Below the pieces are notes generated by a model that saw only the letters and a program-made list of their open reading frames with translations, was not told the origin of the DNA and made no database searches. DNA of 64,000 bases. Source: Zancudomyces culisetae HAW-14-8. Its lineage: Eukaryota > Fungi > Kickxellomycota. This document shows, in pieces, positions 52,196 to 64,000 of this stretch (position 1 is its first letter; each line of letters opens with the position of its first letter). Where the stretch lies: the NCBI GenBank assembly GCA_052426225.1, contig JBNJNM010000010.1, positions 1,302,001 through 1,366,000 on the forward strand. Reading direction: 5' to 3'. The position numbers and the translations under genes were made by a program.

Positions 52196-53970
52196 ATGGA
52201 CGAAAATCGAAAAACAGACGAGAATATGAGCTGGGAAGATCTCCCACAAACCGAGATCCGGAAGGTTTATTTTGGCCTGTGTTTAGCCCTGATAACGGGG
52301 GGTACCACTTCCTTATTCGGTACATACGGAACCTCTTTTTCCGATTTGTTGGGCTTTACGCGATACCAAACAAATGTTATCGCCTCGCTGGGCGATTATG
52401 CACACTATTTGGCCGCGCCGTTTTTTGGATATCTAAGTATGAAAAAGGGACCCAAAATGTAAGTTTTATTTGTTGTGATTAACTTGGTAAACTCTGAAAT
52501 ACTTTGTGTTGAAATCAAAGGGCTATTTTAATTTTCGGAAAATTGTGCTTTCTGGGTATTATAGTTATGGTTGATCTTTTATATAATAGCTGCGCACAAA
52601 TTGCCTCGGTTCTGATGCTTTTGGGATACTGTGGTCTTTCATTGAGTTTTCAATATATTACGCATCACACACAAAAATCAATACACCACGTGGCTTTCGA
52701 ATCTGTATTGTTTTCTCTGGTGGGAATAGCGTCTAAAGCTTCCTATATGAGTGCAATTTCTGCAGCAACTGTGATTTTTTCCAAATCGCGACACAAGGGC
52801 GTGGCACTGAGTATACCGCTTTCTTTATACGGCTTGTCTTCGTTTGTGTTTTTGAAAATCAAAGGAACATTCTTTAGACAAGCTACAGATCCTGTTGGTT
52901 TTTTGCTATTTACGGGGATTATCTCTGCACTTTCGCAATTCGTAGCTTCTGCCACATATCTCGACCGTGGGTTGGATAGCTCGCTGAGTAAAAGGACGAA
53001 GAGAATAGAAAGCGTTAAAGAAGGCCGTCAAAAAGCCCCAATGGAGCTACAGGATATGTCTAAGGATGGTGGGTATAGCAAATTGAAGCAGGAAAACTTT
53101 GATTATGATACTCGCAAGCTCAGTCTCAATGTAGACGAAGGTCAATTGTCAAGCCCGGTGTACCTTTTTAAGTTTCTTTTCACAAGACCGCGCGTGTTTT
53201 TAGCAAACATCCCGAAAGTACTCGAATTACTGCCATCCACAGCACTTTTGTTTCTTAAAAGCCCGCTGGCTTGGGTATTTTTCCTGGGTGTTCTGTCCTG
53301 TGCTGGCCCTGGGTTGATGTTTATAAACAACTGTGGCGTTCTGGCAATGGGCTTAGGGCAAGGCGGCAGTCCTGAAAACGGCGACGCTTCAGTGATACCC
53401 AGGGAAGTTTTAGAATCCTACAAAGACAACGCTCTGAGTAACCAATCGTTCTATTCATTTTCTGGAAGAATGATGGTGGGATTTATCTCTGATTTTTTTG
53501 CTCTTTACTTCAGAATACCCCGTGTAGCCTTTCTGATACTGAGCGCAGCGCTTATGTATCATAACCAGACCCTGTTGCGGGATTTGCAGACACCTCAAGA
53601 CTTAAATTATTTGTCAATGCTGATTGGCGTATCACTAGGCTCTCTTTTTTCCCTTGCTCCAACATATACCTCCGAGGTTTGGGGACCTGCGAATTTTGGT
53701 GTCATGTGGGGGATATTTTCGATTGGCCCAGCCATCGGCGCTCACGTCTGCAATTTAATCTTTGGCCACGTCTGGGACTTGGGATTGTCTTCTAATTTGT
53801 CTCGACCTTCGGAGCCACAGCTAATTGATGCTGAGAAGGTTGAGTGTACACTCGCTTGCACTGCGCCAATATACCACTATACCTCATTTCTTGCTCTGTT
53901 ATCAGTCGCCTCCTTTACATGCTTTCTTATCTTTTCATTATTTTCTAGGAAAAGCACCATTTCCTCTTGA
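52196..53970 (+). CDS. MFS transporter, Mch1/nodulin-like family, ~547 aa; exons 52196-52458 and 52590-53970
   Basis: About 12 hydrophobic segments; FGTYGTSF...LGFTRYQTNVIAS, GVALSIPLSLYGLS, GPGLMFINNCG, SGRMMVGFISD, EVWGPANFGVMWG. Confidence 0.85.
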
Positions 53971-54761
53971 TCAAAATTCCCTATTAGCTATTCACAACTC
54001 TATATTTCTGCGGTTTTCCTCCACTCCCCCTTTTTTCCCCTGTAGATGTTTCTATTAGTAGATTTATTATGAATTTTTATCAAATTGATAGTTTGTTCGG
54101 ACTGTAGTAGTGACTTGATGTATACAGTCTGGAATTTGTAGATATTCTAAATAAAGTGTACATGACTGCACGCACTATTTTTACTATCACAGCTATATTT
54201 GTGTGAACAACGCTCAGGTGAGGTTAAACTTTCAATAATGTATCCTTGGATATTGAGCCACGTTCTTTTTTCTCAGCAGATACTCAGTTTTACTATGCGG
54301 TACAGGAAAAAGGAGCGGAATTTATATTAAACCACGGCTGTTTTAATATTGCAACCAAGTTGGAAACCAAAACCACGAAACTATATATTGTGGTTATTTT
54401 TTGTACATAAATCAAATCTAGCCCATTACTGTTTCCTTTTGGATACAAGCAACCTTGAGAAACCTTTTAATCTGCGCACAGCGACTATAGACGACAACTT
54501 GAATGTGTCTACTTGATGCTTTGAAACGTGGTGTTTTACTTTGAACCAAAATATGTGATACTTTTATAGCAGCACTAGAGGTTAAATAATGAAACGTAGT
54601 GAAATTAACGGGGAACAATATACTGTGAGTTTAATCAAATAATAAGCCAATGCACCGGTTAATACTTCATCTTTTTCCCAAATTCGACACTGAAGTTTTA
54701 GCTCTTATTATAATTTTCAAAACATTCTGTAATATACTATCCTAATAGCAAGAAGAAAGAA

Positions 54762-57639
54762 ATGACTGAGAAACCGTCAAGTTCACAGGAAAGTATGAAT
54801 GGGAAGAGTGGTATATCTGGGTTTTTGTTTAAAAAAACCAATGGTCTAGTATGTTGCAAAAGGTATTTTGTGCTAGGGTTCGATGGATACTTTGGATACT
54901 TTAAAAAATTTCGAGCACCACTTAATAGATGTAAACCTAGACAGTCAAATGACCTAAGCAAATATTTTCAGCTTGAACCACCACCTAGCTCCTACACAAA
55001 ACAAGGCTACTTTTTCAAGAAGTACAGCATTAATGAGAAGGATAGGGTGGATGTTTCAATCAGGAAAAACTTGTATATAAGAATCAAGTATGATGGCAAA
55101 ACCATTACACTTTGCGTAGATCAGCAAAAGAAGCTAGTTATCTGGTTTTCATACTTACAACTGGTGTTTACAAACAGGGGCTTTCCGGAAAATTTGTCAG
55201 CCTGGAGTGAGTTTTTTGGTCTGGGTGTAAAAGCGGAATGTATACCGTCTGCGTCCATAGATACTGACTCCATTCCTACTAGTGAGTTGGTAGTACAAAA
55301 AAAAGATGATACATATGGCTTGCTGAAAACCAACCTTTTGCGTCTGTTATTCTCAACAAAAAAACCGAATACAAGCTCTTCCTTGCACAATAATAGTTTT
55401 TTAGGTGGTAAATCAACACAAGCACTCAGATGTCAAGATTTTGAAGCAGAATCAAGTATTATCGACTATTCTTGTATGCTTTCGTTTTCATCGACAACTG
55501 TCAGAGAAAGATATGGCAACGTCCTTAAAAATATTATTGAGTCGGACATGAAGGCCAAAAAGACCTATAAAAAGCCTATTCATAGTCCAATAATCAGTGT
55601 AAAACATGTTGCTGTGAATAAAGGAGCGACAAAAGTACACACTGCAGAGGCATGTGTACTGAAAGCAACTGTTTTTGGGAGAGATGGTGTGAGTACATTG
55701 GGTAGTTCAGTCGAGGAGGTAGGTGGTTGTATAAACTACAGCCCCATTGAACATTTTTACACAGCACGTTTATCTCTAGGTAAGCCCAATATCCGTACCA
55801 AAGTAAAATTTGAAAGAGGGAGATGAAATGGGTATTAATATAGATATATCTGCACTTGCTACATGCTAGCTAACACTATATACGTAACTAGATATTTTTG
55901 GCTCTGTTGAAAAACATTGCGATGGTAAAAAGAGCTGCGCGTTAGATGGTCTTAAGAACAGCAATAGTATGCTACCAACAGCAGTATTTCTTGGTCAGCA
56001 GGTTTTAACATTTAGTTTTGAAAACGACAAAGGAGGTAGTGGTGGAACACTACTTGAATATTATGACTTTAAATGTGATTTGGGTGAAGATAGTACTAAG
56101 AGTTACACTGCAAATGCTGCAGATGAGGCGAACGTAGCTGTCGCGGCAACTCACGATATGCTGATTCCAGATTTTATTTCTCAGGATGTGCTAGACATGC
56201 ACAAATCTATTTCTTTGCCTTTCGAGTCAAAAGATTCCAAACACACTGACGGGTGCTCAAAAAAAATGAATCGAGCTTTTGGTAATGAAAATAATTGTAT
56301 AGTAGACAAAAGCAAATCTAGGAAAAAGCCAAAAAAGTTGGTAAAAAAGACTTCAGCAAAGATTATGTTGAATAGATCGGATTGTGAAAGCACCAGGAAA
56401 CTCGACGCAGAAGGCTCAGTTGATATGACCCCTAAGAACCCATCCTCTCAGAAATCATGGTTTTCTGAGTTTTTAGAAAATTATGTTAATAAAAAGATAT
56501 CTGGTGGTTTTGATTCATCCAAAAGAACAAGCATAAACCCTTTAGAGCAAGCAACAAAAAAAGATTATTTAGAGTCATCTAGTACTGATCTTTGTGGTGA
56601 CGATCCTCATGAAAAAAAAGTAGTGGATATTGCAGATGAATGGGTAGAGAGAGGTAAGAAGGATATAAAGACACCAAATGCGCTATTGAGCGAACATAGT
56701 GATAAGGAAAACTCAGTGGCATATAAACCACTTGAAGAAAGTGAATCATACCAACAAAGCGCTAGCGTAGAAAAACAAAGTTTTTTTGATAACGGTAACA
56801 TGTGTAGTGGGATGATAAACACAAAAGGCTGCTTGACCAAACATATGTCTGGATACTGGAACTATTGTCACAATACTTGCAATGTACATTGTGATGGTGA
56901 GGTGGTTGCAGCTATCTCTGATTCCAGAAAAACGCACAGCACCGTCGAACTGGTACCTAAAGTACAAAGAGGAAATACAGCGTTATTTATCAGGCAGCAG
57001 GATAACAGTAGACAACACCACGTTTTCTCTGATGAGGGATACTCGCTGTATGCAAGGGGGTTAGGGATATACCAGAAAAATATAGACATGCTTAATCTCT
57101 CGGAGCAAGGCAGGAATATGAGCACGAGGATTAGATACTCGCCAATCAGAAAGGCAAACAGAGATGCAATCAAGTGTTTTAGAATAAAAGGTGGGTTATA
57201 TGACGTGGTAGAAAACAAGAACGTTACACACAACTACAGTTATAATAAGAGTGGTATATGCACAGCTCAAGGTGCAGGTGTTTTTCCACGAGATAGCAAA
57301 ACTGGGTTGATACCCACTCGGTTTACAGTCGGTAGAATAGGTATTAGCGGTAGCCAGCGCAATCTTATGTCTGGAAATATTCTGCCAAGCGGAACTATTG
57401 CAAAGATACCCAGGCGAATTTCGAAATATGATGCAAGGAAAAGTGATTTTATTCCTAGTGTTGGTAGACAGAGATACCAAAGTGCAGAGGATGAGAGAAC
57501 ATGTATGATTTTCGACAATAGACCTAATAATAGTTCCATTAGTAAAAAGTATGATGAATGCGCCAAGGTCCAAAGGGTTTTTTTCAAGAGCTATAAAGAT
57601 AGGTTTCACACACCCTTTATTGTACAGAAACAAAGATAA
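54762..57639 (+). CDS. Hypothetical ~921-aa protein with a divergent N-terminal PH-like domain; exons 54762-55779 and 55892-57639
   Basis: ISGFLFKK...KRYFVL...GYFK and ITLCVDQQKKLVIWFSYL fit PH strands 1-3 and the C-terminal Trp helix. A phase-1 intron 55780(GTAAGC)-55891(TAG) with a GCTAAC branch point joins the two ORFs in frame. Confidence 0.7.
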
Positions 57640-59406
57640 CACGGCAATAGTATTGATAGATTTTTATATATAGAAACTTTAGTGCCAATCCCTAGAGGTC
57701 ATGTGGCCGATATAGCTTGATAAATATGTAATATATAGATGGCAAATAAATGCTCAAGCATATTCAATGAATGGTGGTGTGTTTTGGTTTGGTAGCCCAT
57801 GTTTTTTCTTTGTTGCACTCGATACTACGGCTGAATGCCACTACTTGGTTGTTAATGTATTTTTTGGTGTATATTAGTGAGATATTTCGGAGAGGAAATC
57901 GGTTCGAGGAACTTTGAGCCGGAAAATCTTTGCCACCATTCACCCTCGATGTCTTGAAAACCCCGAAAGAAACATTATTTTGCAAAAGAATGGGTACATG
58001 TTTTCCTTTGAGTCTTTATCCTACAAGAAAATATTTTCCCTAAGAGTCATCACGCTTGAAAAAAAAAAGGGGGGGGGTGATATTCAGAGCCTTGATTTTA
58101 CAATGCATGGAAAAGGGCGTTCTGTGAAAGCCGTGTTTCTAACAAGTAGGAAACTGAGCCAGAGAGCAATAGGAGCATGAAATTTTTAATTTATACAAAT
58201 GATTCTGTCTCCTTTTTCACTCATGCTCTCCTCACATCTCTCGCACCACTCCCCTGTAGAGTACAAGTTGATATGGGACTATATATTCAAGGGGAAGGTG
58301 ATAAAAAGTTGCTTCTGGTGGAGTAATCCCGCCCACCCCGTTCTGCGAGGGAGTTGGGTGAACAAACAAATATAACAACCCCAAAGATTATTTTAGATTT
58401 AAGGACAAATAGACGACGGTCAGGTTGAACCAAAAAACGGAAGGGAAAAATAAAATGACAGGGAGTGGGAAGACAGGTTTAGGTCAAGGTAAAAGCCAGT
58501 GGTAATAACAATGGCATTTTTGCAGTTCTTGTAGATGAATTCACGAATAAAAAATGCGTGGGGTTGTAGTACAACTTCCAATGGCATCAGGAATCATCAT
58601 GAATCATCAAGCTTCTGGAAGAGGGATGAGGGGTTGGAATAATGTAGATTTTCTTGGTATTTATTTGTGCGTTGGGAATACATCAACAAGCAAATTGAAC
58701 AAAGAGAAAAACAAAATACAAGATTTATAACTTCAAGAAAATAGTCTTGGATGAGGAGGGAGGAGTGGGAGTGGGAGAGAGAAAGAGAGAGAGAGAGAGA
58801 GAAAGAAGGGCGTGTACACATTTGCTATGACATGTATCGCCAATGGTAAATGGAATACTTGTATGAAAATAACAGTAAGGCTAGTTGCACTCTGGCCAAA
58901 CTGGAAAAGCGGAAAAATGTACGCAATATGCACAATGTTACTTGCTATGACAGCCATACTTTCCGGATTCTCTACAAAACGAGTAAATGCAAAAAATAAG
59001 AGCAAGTCTAACTGTTTTTTTTTTGGTAGGTTTCACATAAAAGCAGAATTGCTAGCGAAAGGAAAAGCTTTTTCCGCATATCGACCTCGGCCAATTGGGA
59101 TATGATGACGAATTTCTACTATATTTATAACGTCTATTGAAGCCAGTAAAAACGGAATATCACTTTTGTATCAATATTTTTGATTTTACCTTTTGGTAAA
59201 AATGGGCACTATCAAAAGGAAAAAAAACCCCCCTCAGAAAATTGTATTTATGTTCAGTGGCCACGAACACCACAATTCATTCAAAAATCTTTGGAAAAAC
59301 AAGCAAACTATGAACACGGATTTTAAGACGCCAATAAACATGCATCCCAATTTTTCACAGTTGGTAACGAAACGAACAAGTGGTGGAGAGAAGAGGGGGA
59401 GGGGAA

Positions 59407-59434
59407 TTATGAGATTGTGAGATTGTGAGATTAT
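59407..59434 (+). repeat. 8-bp tandem repeat (ATTRTGAG), ~3.5 copies, upstream of Cut8
   Basis: attatgag attgtgag attgtgag attat. Confidence 0.6.
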
Positions 59435-59781
59435 GGGAGCAGCAGAGTGGGAGAGTGAGGCCGTTGAGGAAAAATGAGGGGGGGGGGGGATCCGGGTGTG
59501 CGAAAGATGTAGTTATAAAAATTTTTTTTATTAGTTTTGTATAGCCCATTTCTCAAGTAAGTGTAAAAAGTAAAGTATGTGCAAAATGAAGAAAAAAAAA
59601 CTAGTTCAAGGTCGTGTTTTTTTTTTTTACAATACGTCATAAATATAAAATTATCAAAAGGCTATATAAATAAAAATATCAAAAAACGCAAATGGTATTA
59701 TATTGTTAAATTTTGGTAACTCGTCAATTTAAAAGATTAATACTACATAACCCAGAAGAAAAAAAAACCCCCAAGAAGAAC

Positions 59782-61189
59782 ATGGGGTACGGAAAGAGAC
59801 AGGAGGCAAAATGGGGAGCGGGGATATTGGCACCAATTGAGGGGAGCGGCTTTCTACAAACTGCGAGTGCCTTTTCTGGAGAAAAACCCATGGAATACCA
59901 TGAAGCAGAAAAAAAACATAGTAAGAGTACGTATATATATATAGATACACGGATAGATAGATAGATGATTTACCAGCATCCCGTCAGTGAGATGGTGATT
60001 GTGAAGAAATGTAGTTAAAAATGTAACAAACAAAAGCAGACATTGATTTTAAAAAATGAATTAATAAAACATAGAGAATAAAAGGAGATTAAGTTCAGAA
60101 GATGTAAGCATGGATGAGGAGGTACTAGATGTAGGAAACAGGAAAGAAAACCACGAATACCAAGCAGTAGATACTAGGAGTATTAGGAAAAGACACAAGG
60201 GCGTTATAATAAATGTTGAGAGAAATGAGAAAGAGGAGGAGGATTATATTTTGAAACGAAGCATAGAGAGTCTAGACAAAGGAGAGTTGGTGCAAATGAT
60301 AATAAAAATGGTAGAAAAAAACGAGGGACTAAAGAGTACGGTTAGGGAACTGTTACCAGCACCTTCGGTGGAGCGGGCAATAGAGCAATTAGAGAAATTA
60401 GAGAATAAAGTACAGAATCTACTTCCATACAACAAAAATGGGCCAGTGTTTGATGAATATACATTTAATAGAGTTCGACCAGCGCTCATGGAGCTGCACA
60501 ATACAATAGTGCGATATATGGATTATTATAGCCAAACGGGATTAACTTCAAGAGAAACACGAAGGGAAGAAGAAAGGGAAGGGACTAGGGGGGTAGGAAG
60601 TGTCACAGCACGACCATACCAACCTCTTCCAACGTTATCACATCCATCAGAGTGGTTTATGCTGTTAATACAAGCCACAACAATAGTGTGCAGGATGCCA
60701 AGGTGGGAGCAGAAGGAGGGCCACCAAGGCAGTGGGGAAGAGGGAATGAACTGGATAAGAACAGATTCAATAAGGCATATGGCAGATGGGTGGTTAAAGG
60801 CGATTGTTGCATCGGCAGCATGGATAGAAAGCGGGCACTTTTTGGGACAGTCGGTAGTTGCAGAATGGGAAAAAAGGTAAGTATTTTAAAAATTTTATTT
60901 TTATTTTTGTTGAGTAAAGAGATAATACAAACAAAGACGGTGGAAAATAATAATGAAAAATGAAATTAATAATAGTATGCTTAGTCTTGCATCAGACAGT
61001 GGGTGCTACCATGCATTTGTTCCAGCGATATCGGCATTTAAGGAGAAGTTTGGGTGGGTTACGTGTACAGGGGAATTCGGGACAAGCAGTTTCCCGGTTA
61101 GCAGCTTTAGCGCATTTGGAAACAACGTTGCACATCACCAACACATGTATAAAAACGGATTGTTTTTAACCAACTCTAGCCACCAATAA
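59782..61189 (+). CDS. cut8: Cut8/Sts1 nuclear proteasome tethering factor, ~384 aa; exons 59782-59920, 60075-60876, 60976-61189
   Basis: LKRSIESLDKGELVQMI...LLPAPSVE...LLPY...DEYTFNRVRPALMEL is the Cut8 domain. The inferred first exon restores an NLS-like KKHKNKRRL. Both introns are GTAAG...TAG and in phase; exon 1 is less certain. Confidence 0.85.
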
Positions 61190-61244
61190 TTTTACATTTG
61201 TTTAAATAAATTTTATAGCAACGATAGTATAAAGAGGATTGTAA

Positions 61245-63402
61245 TTATTTTGAGAGTAATAAAGGAATTAAAATAGAAGAAGGTCTAGAAAGCTTTGAAA
61301 TAAAGCTGTGATGCAAAAGCTCAGAGATTGTGGCGCGGCTGTCAACGTCGACGGTCAAACATTCGGCCAAAAACGATTTGATTTCCAGACTTAAAGCCCC
61401 TGGATTCTTTAGAGTTGGCGTGCCGTTGCTAGCTATTAGGTATAGCGCCTTGAGAGGCTCTTCGTCAAGGTATGGAGGTTCAGACTCAATCATCTCGATA
61501 ACCATAATTCCTAATGACCATACATCGACTTTGAATCCGTATGGTTTCTGTTTTACTACTTCAGGCGCCATCCAGTAAGGCGTGCCCACCATTGTGGCGC
61601 GCTTGTTTCGCTGCTCAGAAAGCCTTGCACAAAATCCAAAGTCGGTGATTTTAACTTGACCATCTTCGCCCAGCAGAATGTTGTCGGACTTGATGTCACG
61701 ATGGATGATGCTCTGGCTGTGTAGATGATCCAGCCCTTTGCAGACCTCAGCCGAGATTGTGGCCATTTGCATTTCGCTGAGTCGATTGTTCTCAATGACA
61801 TCAGTAAGCGCACCGCCATTCATGTATTCCATCACAACCCAGAGTTCTGTCCTAGTAATCAAAAATGATTCAATATAGTTGACAATGTTTTGGTGCTGCG
61901 AACCGCGCATAACCTGGATTTCGTTAACTAGCAGCTCCTTCCGGGGTTGTTTTTTCAAATCCATCTGTTTGATAGCCACCTGTCGTTTATTTCGCAATGA
62001 TTTGGCCAAATATACACTTCCTGATGCACCCTGACCTATTTTCTTTACTTTGGAATATAGACTTTTAGGATCTTCTTTGGATACTAGTTCTGCCAATTTT
62101 TCCATAATCTGTGCCTCTCCAAGCAAGGACAGTCTAGTTTGCTGCTGCTGCTGCTGCTGCTGCTGTTGTTGTTGTTGTTGTGGCTTTTGCTGTTGTTTCT
62201 GCTCAGTCTTTTTTGCACTAATTTTTGCCTTTTCTATCTTATCTACAAGTAAATCAAATGCCTCCTTTTTCTTGGTGACAAAAGTATTGTTTTCTGGCTT
62301 CTTGGGAACGCTGGGTTTTCTTGGAAGTTCATTTCCCATCTGCGGCGGAGATCTGGCTCCCTCGCCCTTAACTATATCTTGTTTTACTTTTTCTATTCTC
62401 TTGTCAACTTCGCTTTTTATATCGCCAGGAATCGGTGATGATGACTGCAGGCTTTGTTGTTTTTGGAATTGTTGGAATTTTCGCAGTTGTTCAAGCTGTT
62501 GTTTCGCCTTCCTCATCTCTAGCTCGTTTGCACCGTTATCGTTTTTACTCGTTGTGTCTATGGCTGCACTTCCATTTGTTTTCCCGCTGGTAGTTACATT
62601 TTGTTTCTCGGCTTCTGGTTGGAAAATATCCTCGTATCTCCCTTCCTTTATAACTTCGTTGTTTTTAGTATAAAATTCAAGAACGTCCAGCACTGCTTGT
62701 GGGTCATGCTCATAATCCTGCTTAGTAATGTTCGATGTTTGTAGTAGTTGCTTCCATTGATTAGGCAATCCCTATTATGTTTTGAAACAGTATATTTATA
62801 ATTATAAATGTTTTGTGTTTTATTGTCTGTTTGTATACAAAATATATTAAAAAAAGTTCTGAAGTACTTACAGTAAACGCTCCACTTTCGGGGTCAAAGT
62901 CTACATGTACCTTGTGGTAAAAGTTTGACGGTGTAGACACATTTGTCAAGGCTGGGCTGTTCTAAGAACCACAAGAATTTTACAACACATTACTTTTTTA
63001 TTATCTTTTTTTTTACTACTGAATTATTTGTTTCTGTTCAAAAGTCCTACTCGTACCACTTGGTGCTGCCTGTCCTTGAAAATAAATAGAAGAAAAAAGT
63101 AATAAACATAGAATATTACAAATACCTACCTCATATATTGCATCCAACCACGAATATAAATCATTGTCGTTTTTGCATTGCAAATAGTATATTCTATCCT
63201 TCGACTCGATTTCAATACAATACGTCTTTAATTCGGATCGTTTTACGCCTAAAATATCCTTCAGATATATCAAAAGCGCAATTTGTGCCGAGAACTCACT
63301 TTTGTAAAAGGAAAGCGTGTGCGTTCGTAGCGTACCCCACCGTTTTGCCCAAGACCACGTTTCCTTGAGGTGTATTTCGCCTGATTTTATTATTGTTGAC
63401 AT
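61245..63402 (-). CDS. CLA4: PAK-family kinase, Cla4 type (PH, CRIB, kinase), ~629 aa; exons 63402-63130, 62961-62872, 62771-61245
   Basis: PH (WSWAKRWGTL...DLYSWLDAIYE), CRIB (VSTPSNFYHKVHVDFDPESGAFTGLP), kinase (KIGQGASGSVY, VAIKQMDL, HRDIKSDN, DFGFCA, MVGTPYWMAPE). Confidence 0.95.
62141..62182 (-). repeat. CAA/CAG trinucleotide repeat encoding polyQ in Cla4
   Basis: Plus strand (GCT)n(GTT)n; the protein reads PQQQQQQQQQQQQQQT. Confidence 0.85.
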
Positions 63403-63623
63403 TTTATATTTATGTTTGCTGTACTCTACACATGTGGTATTATCTAGTTGTTTATTATCCTCTCTGTATGTTTTATTTTTCTCTTTGTCGCTCTTTCTCT
63501 CGTTTACTCTTGTTTAGTCGGAATATTCAAGTCCAAAGGGTTTTCGCTTAGCCTTTTTTCGTTTCGTTTTGTTTCGCTTCGTTTTGTTTCGTACCGCTTT
63601 AAATGCGTATTTACCTTTTGTTC

Positions 63624-63797
63624 TTTTCCTTTTCCTTTTCCTTTTCCTTTTCCTTTTCCTTTTCCTTTTCCTTTTCCTTTTCCTTTTCCTTTTCCTTTTC
63701 CTTTTCCTTTTCCTTTTCCTTTTCCTTTTCCTTTTCCTTTTCCTTTTCCTTTTCCTTTTCCTTTTCCTTTTCCTTTTCCTTGTCCTTGTCCTTGTCT
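63624..63797 (+). repeat. (TTTTCC)26 perfect hexamer microsatellite followed by degenerate TTGTCY units
   Basis: 156-bp perfect array at 63624-63779, ~220 bp upstream of the Cla4 ATG. Confidence 0.97.
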
Positions 63798-64000
63798 TTA
63801 TATTTGTATTTGTTTAGTCACTGTGATATAATCCTACCCAAACGGCTTATATCTGCTGTTGGTGTTGTTGCTGTTGGATTTTTTTTTATGAAAGGATTAC
63901 AAATTTGGTTTATTTAACAGCTCTCCCGCCCCACCTTGGTGTATTTTACGTAGTTTTTTGGTTTTAAAGACACTTGTTTTAGTTTATTCTAATTTAGTTT

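Noticed and set aside
63448-63917. ORFs encoding (FP)n, (FL)n and (FS)n
   Set aside because: They are translations of the stop-free (TTTTCC)n microsatellite.

Overview
Eukaryotic, gene-dense fungal DNA with short GT-AG introns. The gene set (a COP1 orthologue, Bin3/MePCE, Cut8/Sts1, Cla4, a Ran1/Pat1-family kinase) points to an early-diverging, non-Dikarya fungus; a Zoopagomycota/Harpellales-like origin is my guess and is not demonstrated. The first ~3.1 kb is very AT-rich. It holds the 3' end of a Ty3/gypsy LTR retrotransposon (integrase, PPT, 3' LTR), a run of hairpins and a tRNA-Ile(AAT) gene. The rest carries 15 host protein genes, which I spliced by hand; all multi-exon models close in frame: Ran1-like kinase, TVP38, COP1, a large disordered orphan, UAF1/WDR48, Bin3, SPT6, DAK, GAPDH, COQ8, a small secreted Cys protein, a Clr4/DIM-5 H3K9 methyltransferase, an Mch1-like MFS transporter, a PH-domain orphan, Cut8 and Cla4. 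There is also a tRNA-Leu(AAG) gene and several simple repeats. Most of this is housekeeping and I cannot demonstrate a new system. The best leads are: (i) a GC-rich, two-state 75-nt RNA structure in the GAPDH intron that buries a cryptic, PTC-generating 3' splice site; (ii) a full COP1 ligase head-to-head with an orphan carrying COP1-type VP degrons and a candidate 20-nt poison exon; (iii) a hairpin array ending in an ACA motif exactly 3 nt before tRNA-Ile, next to the gypsy LTR.
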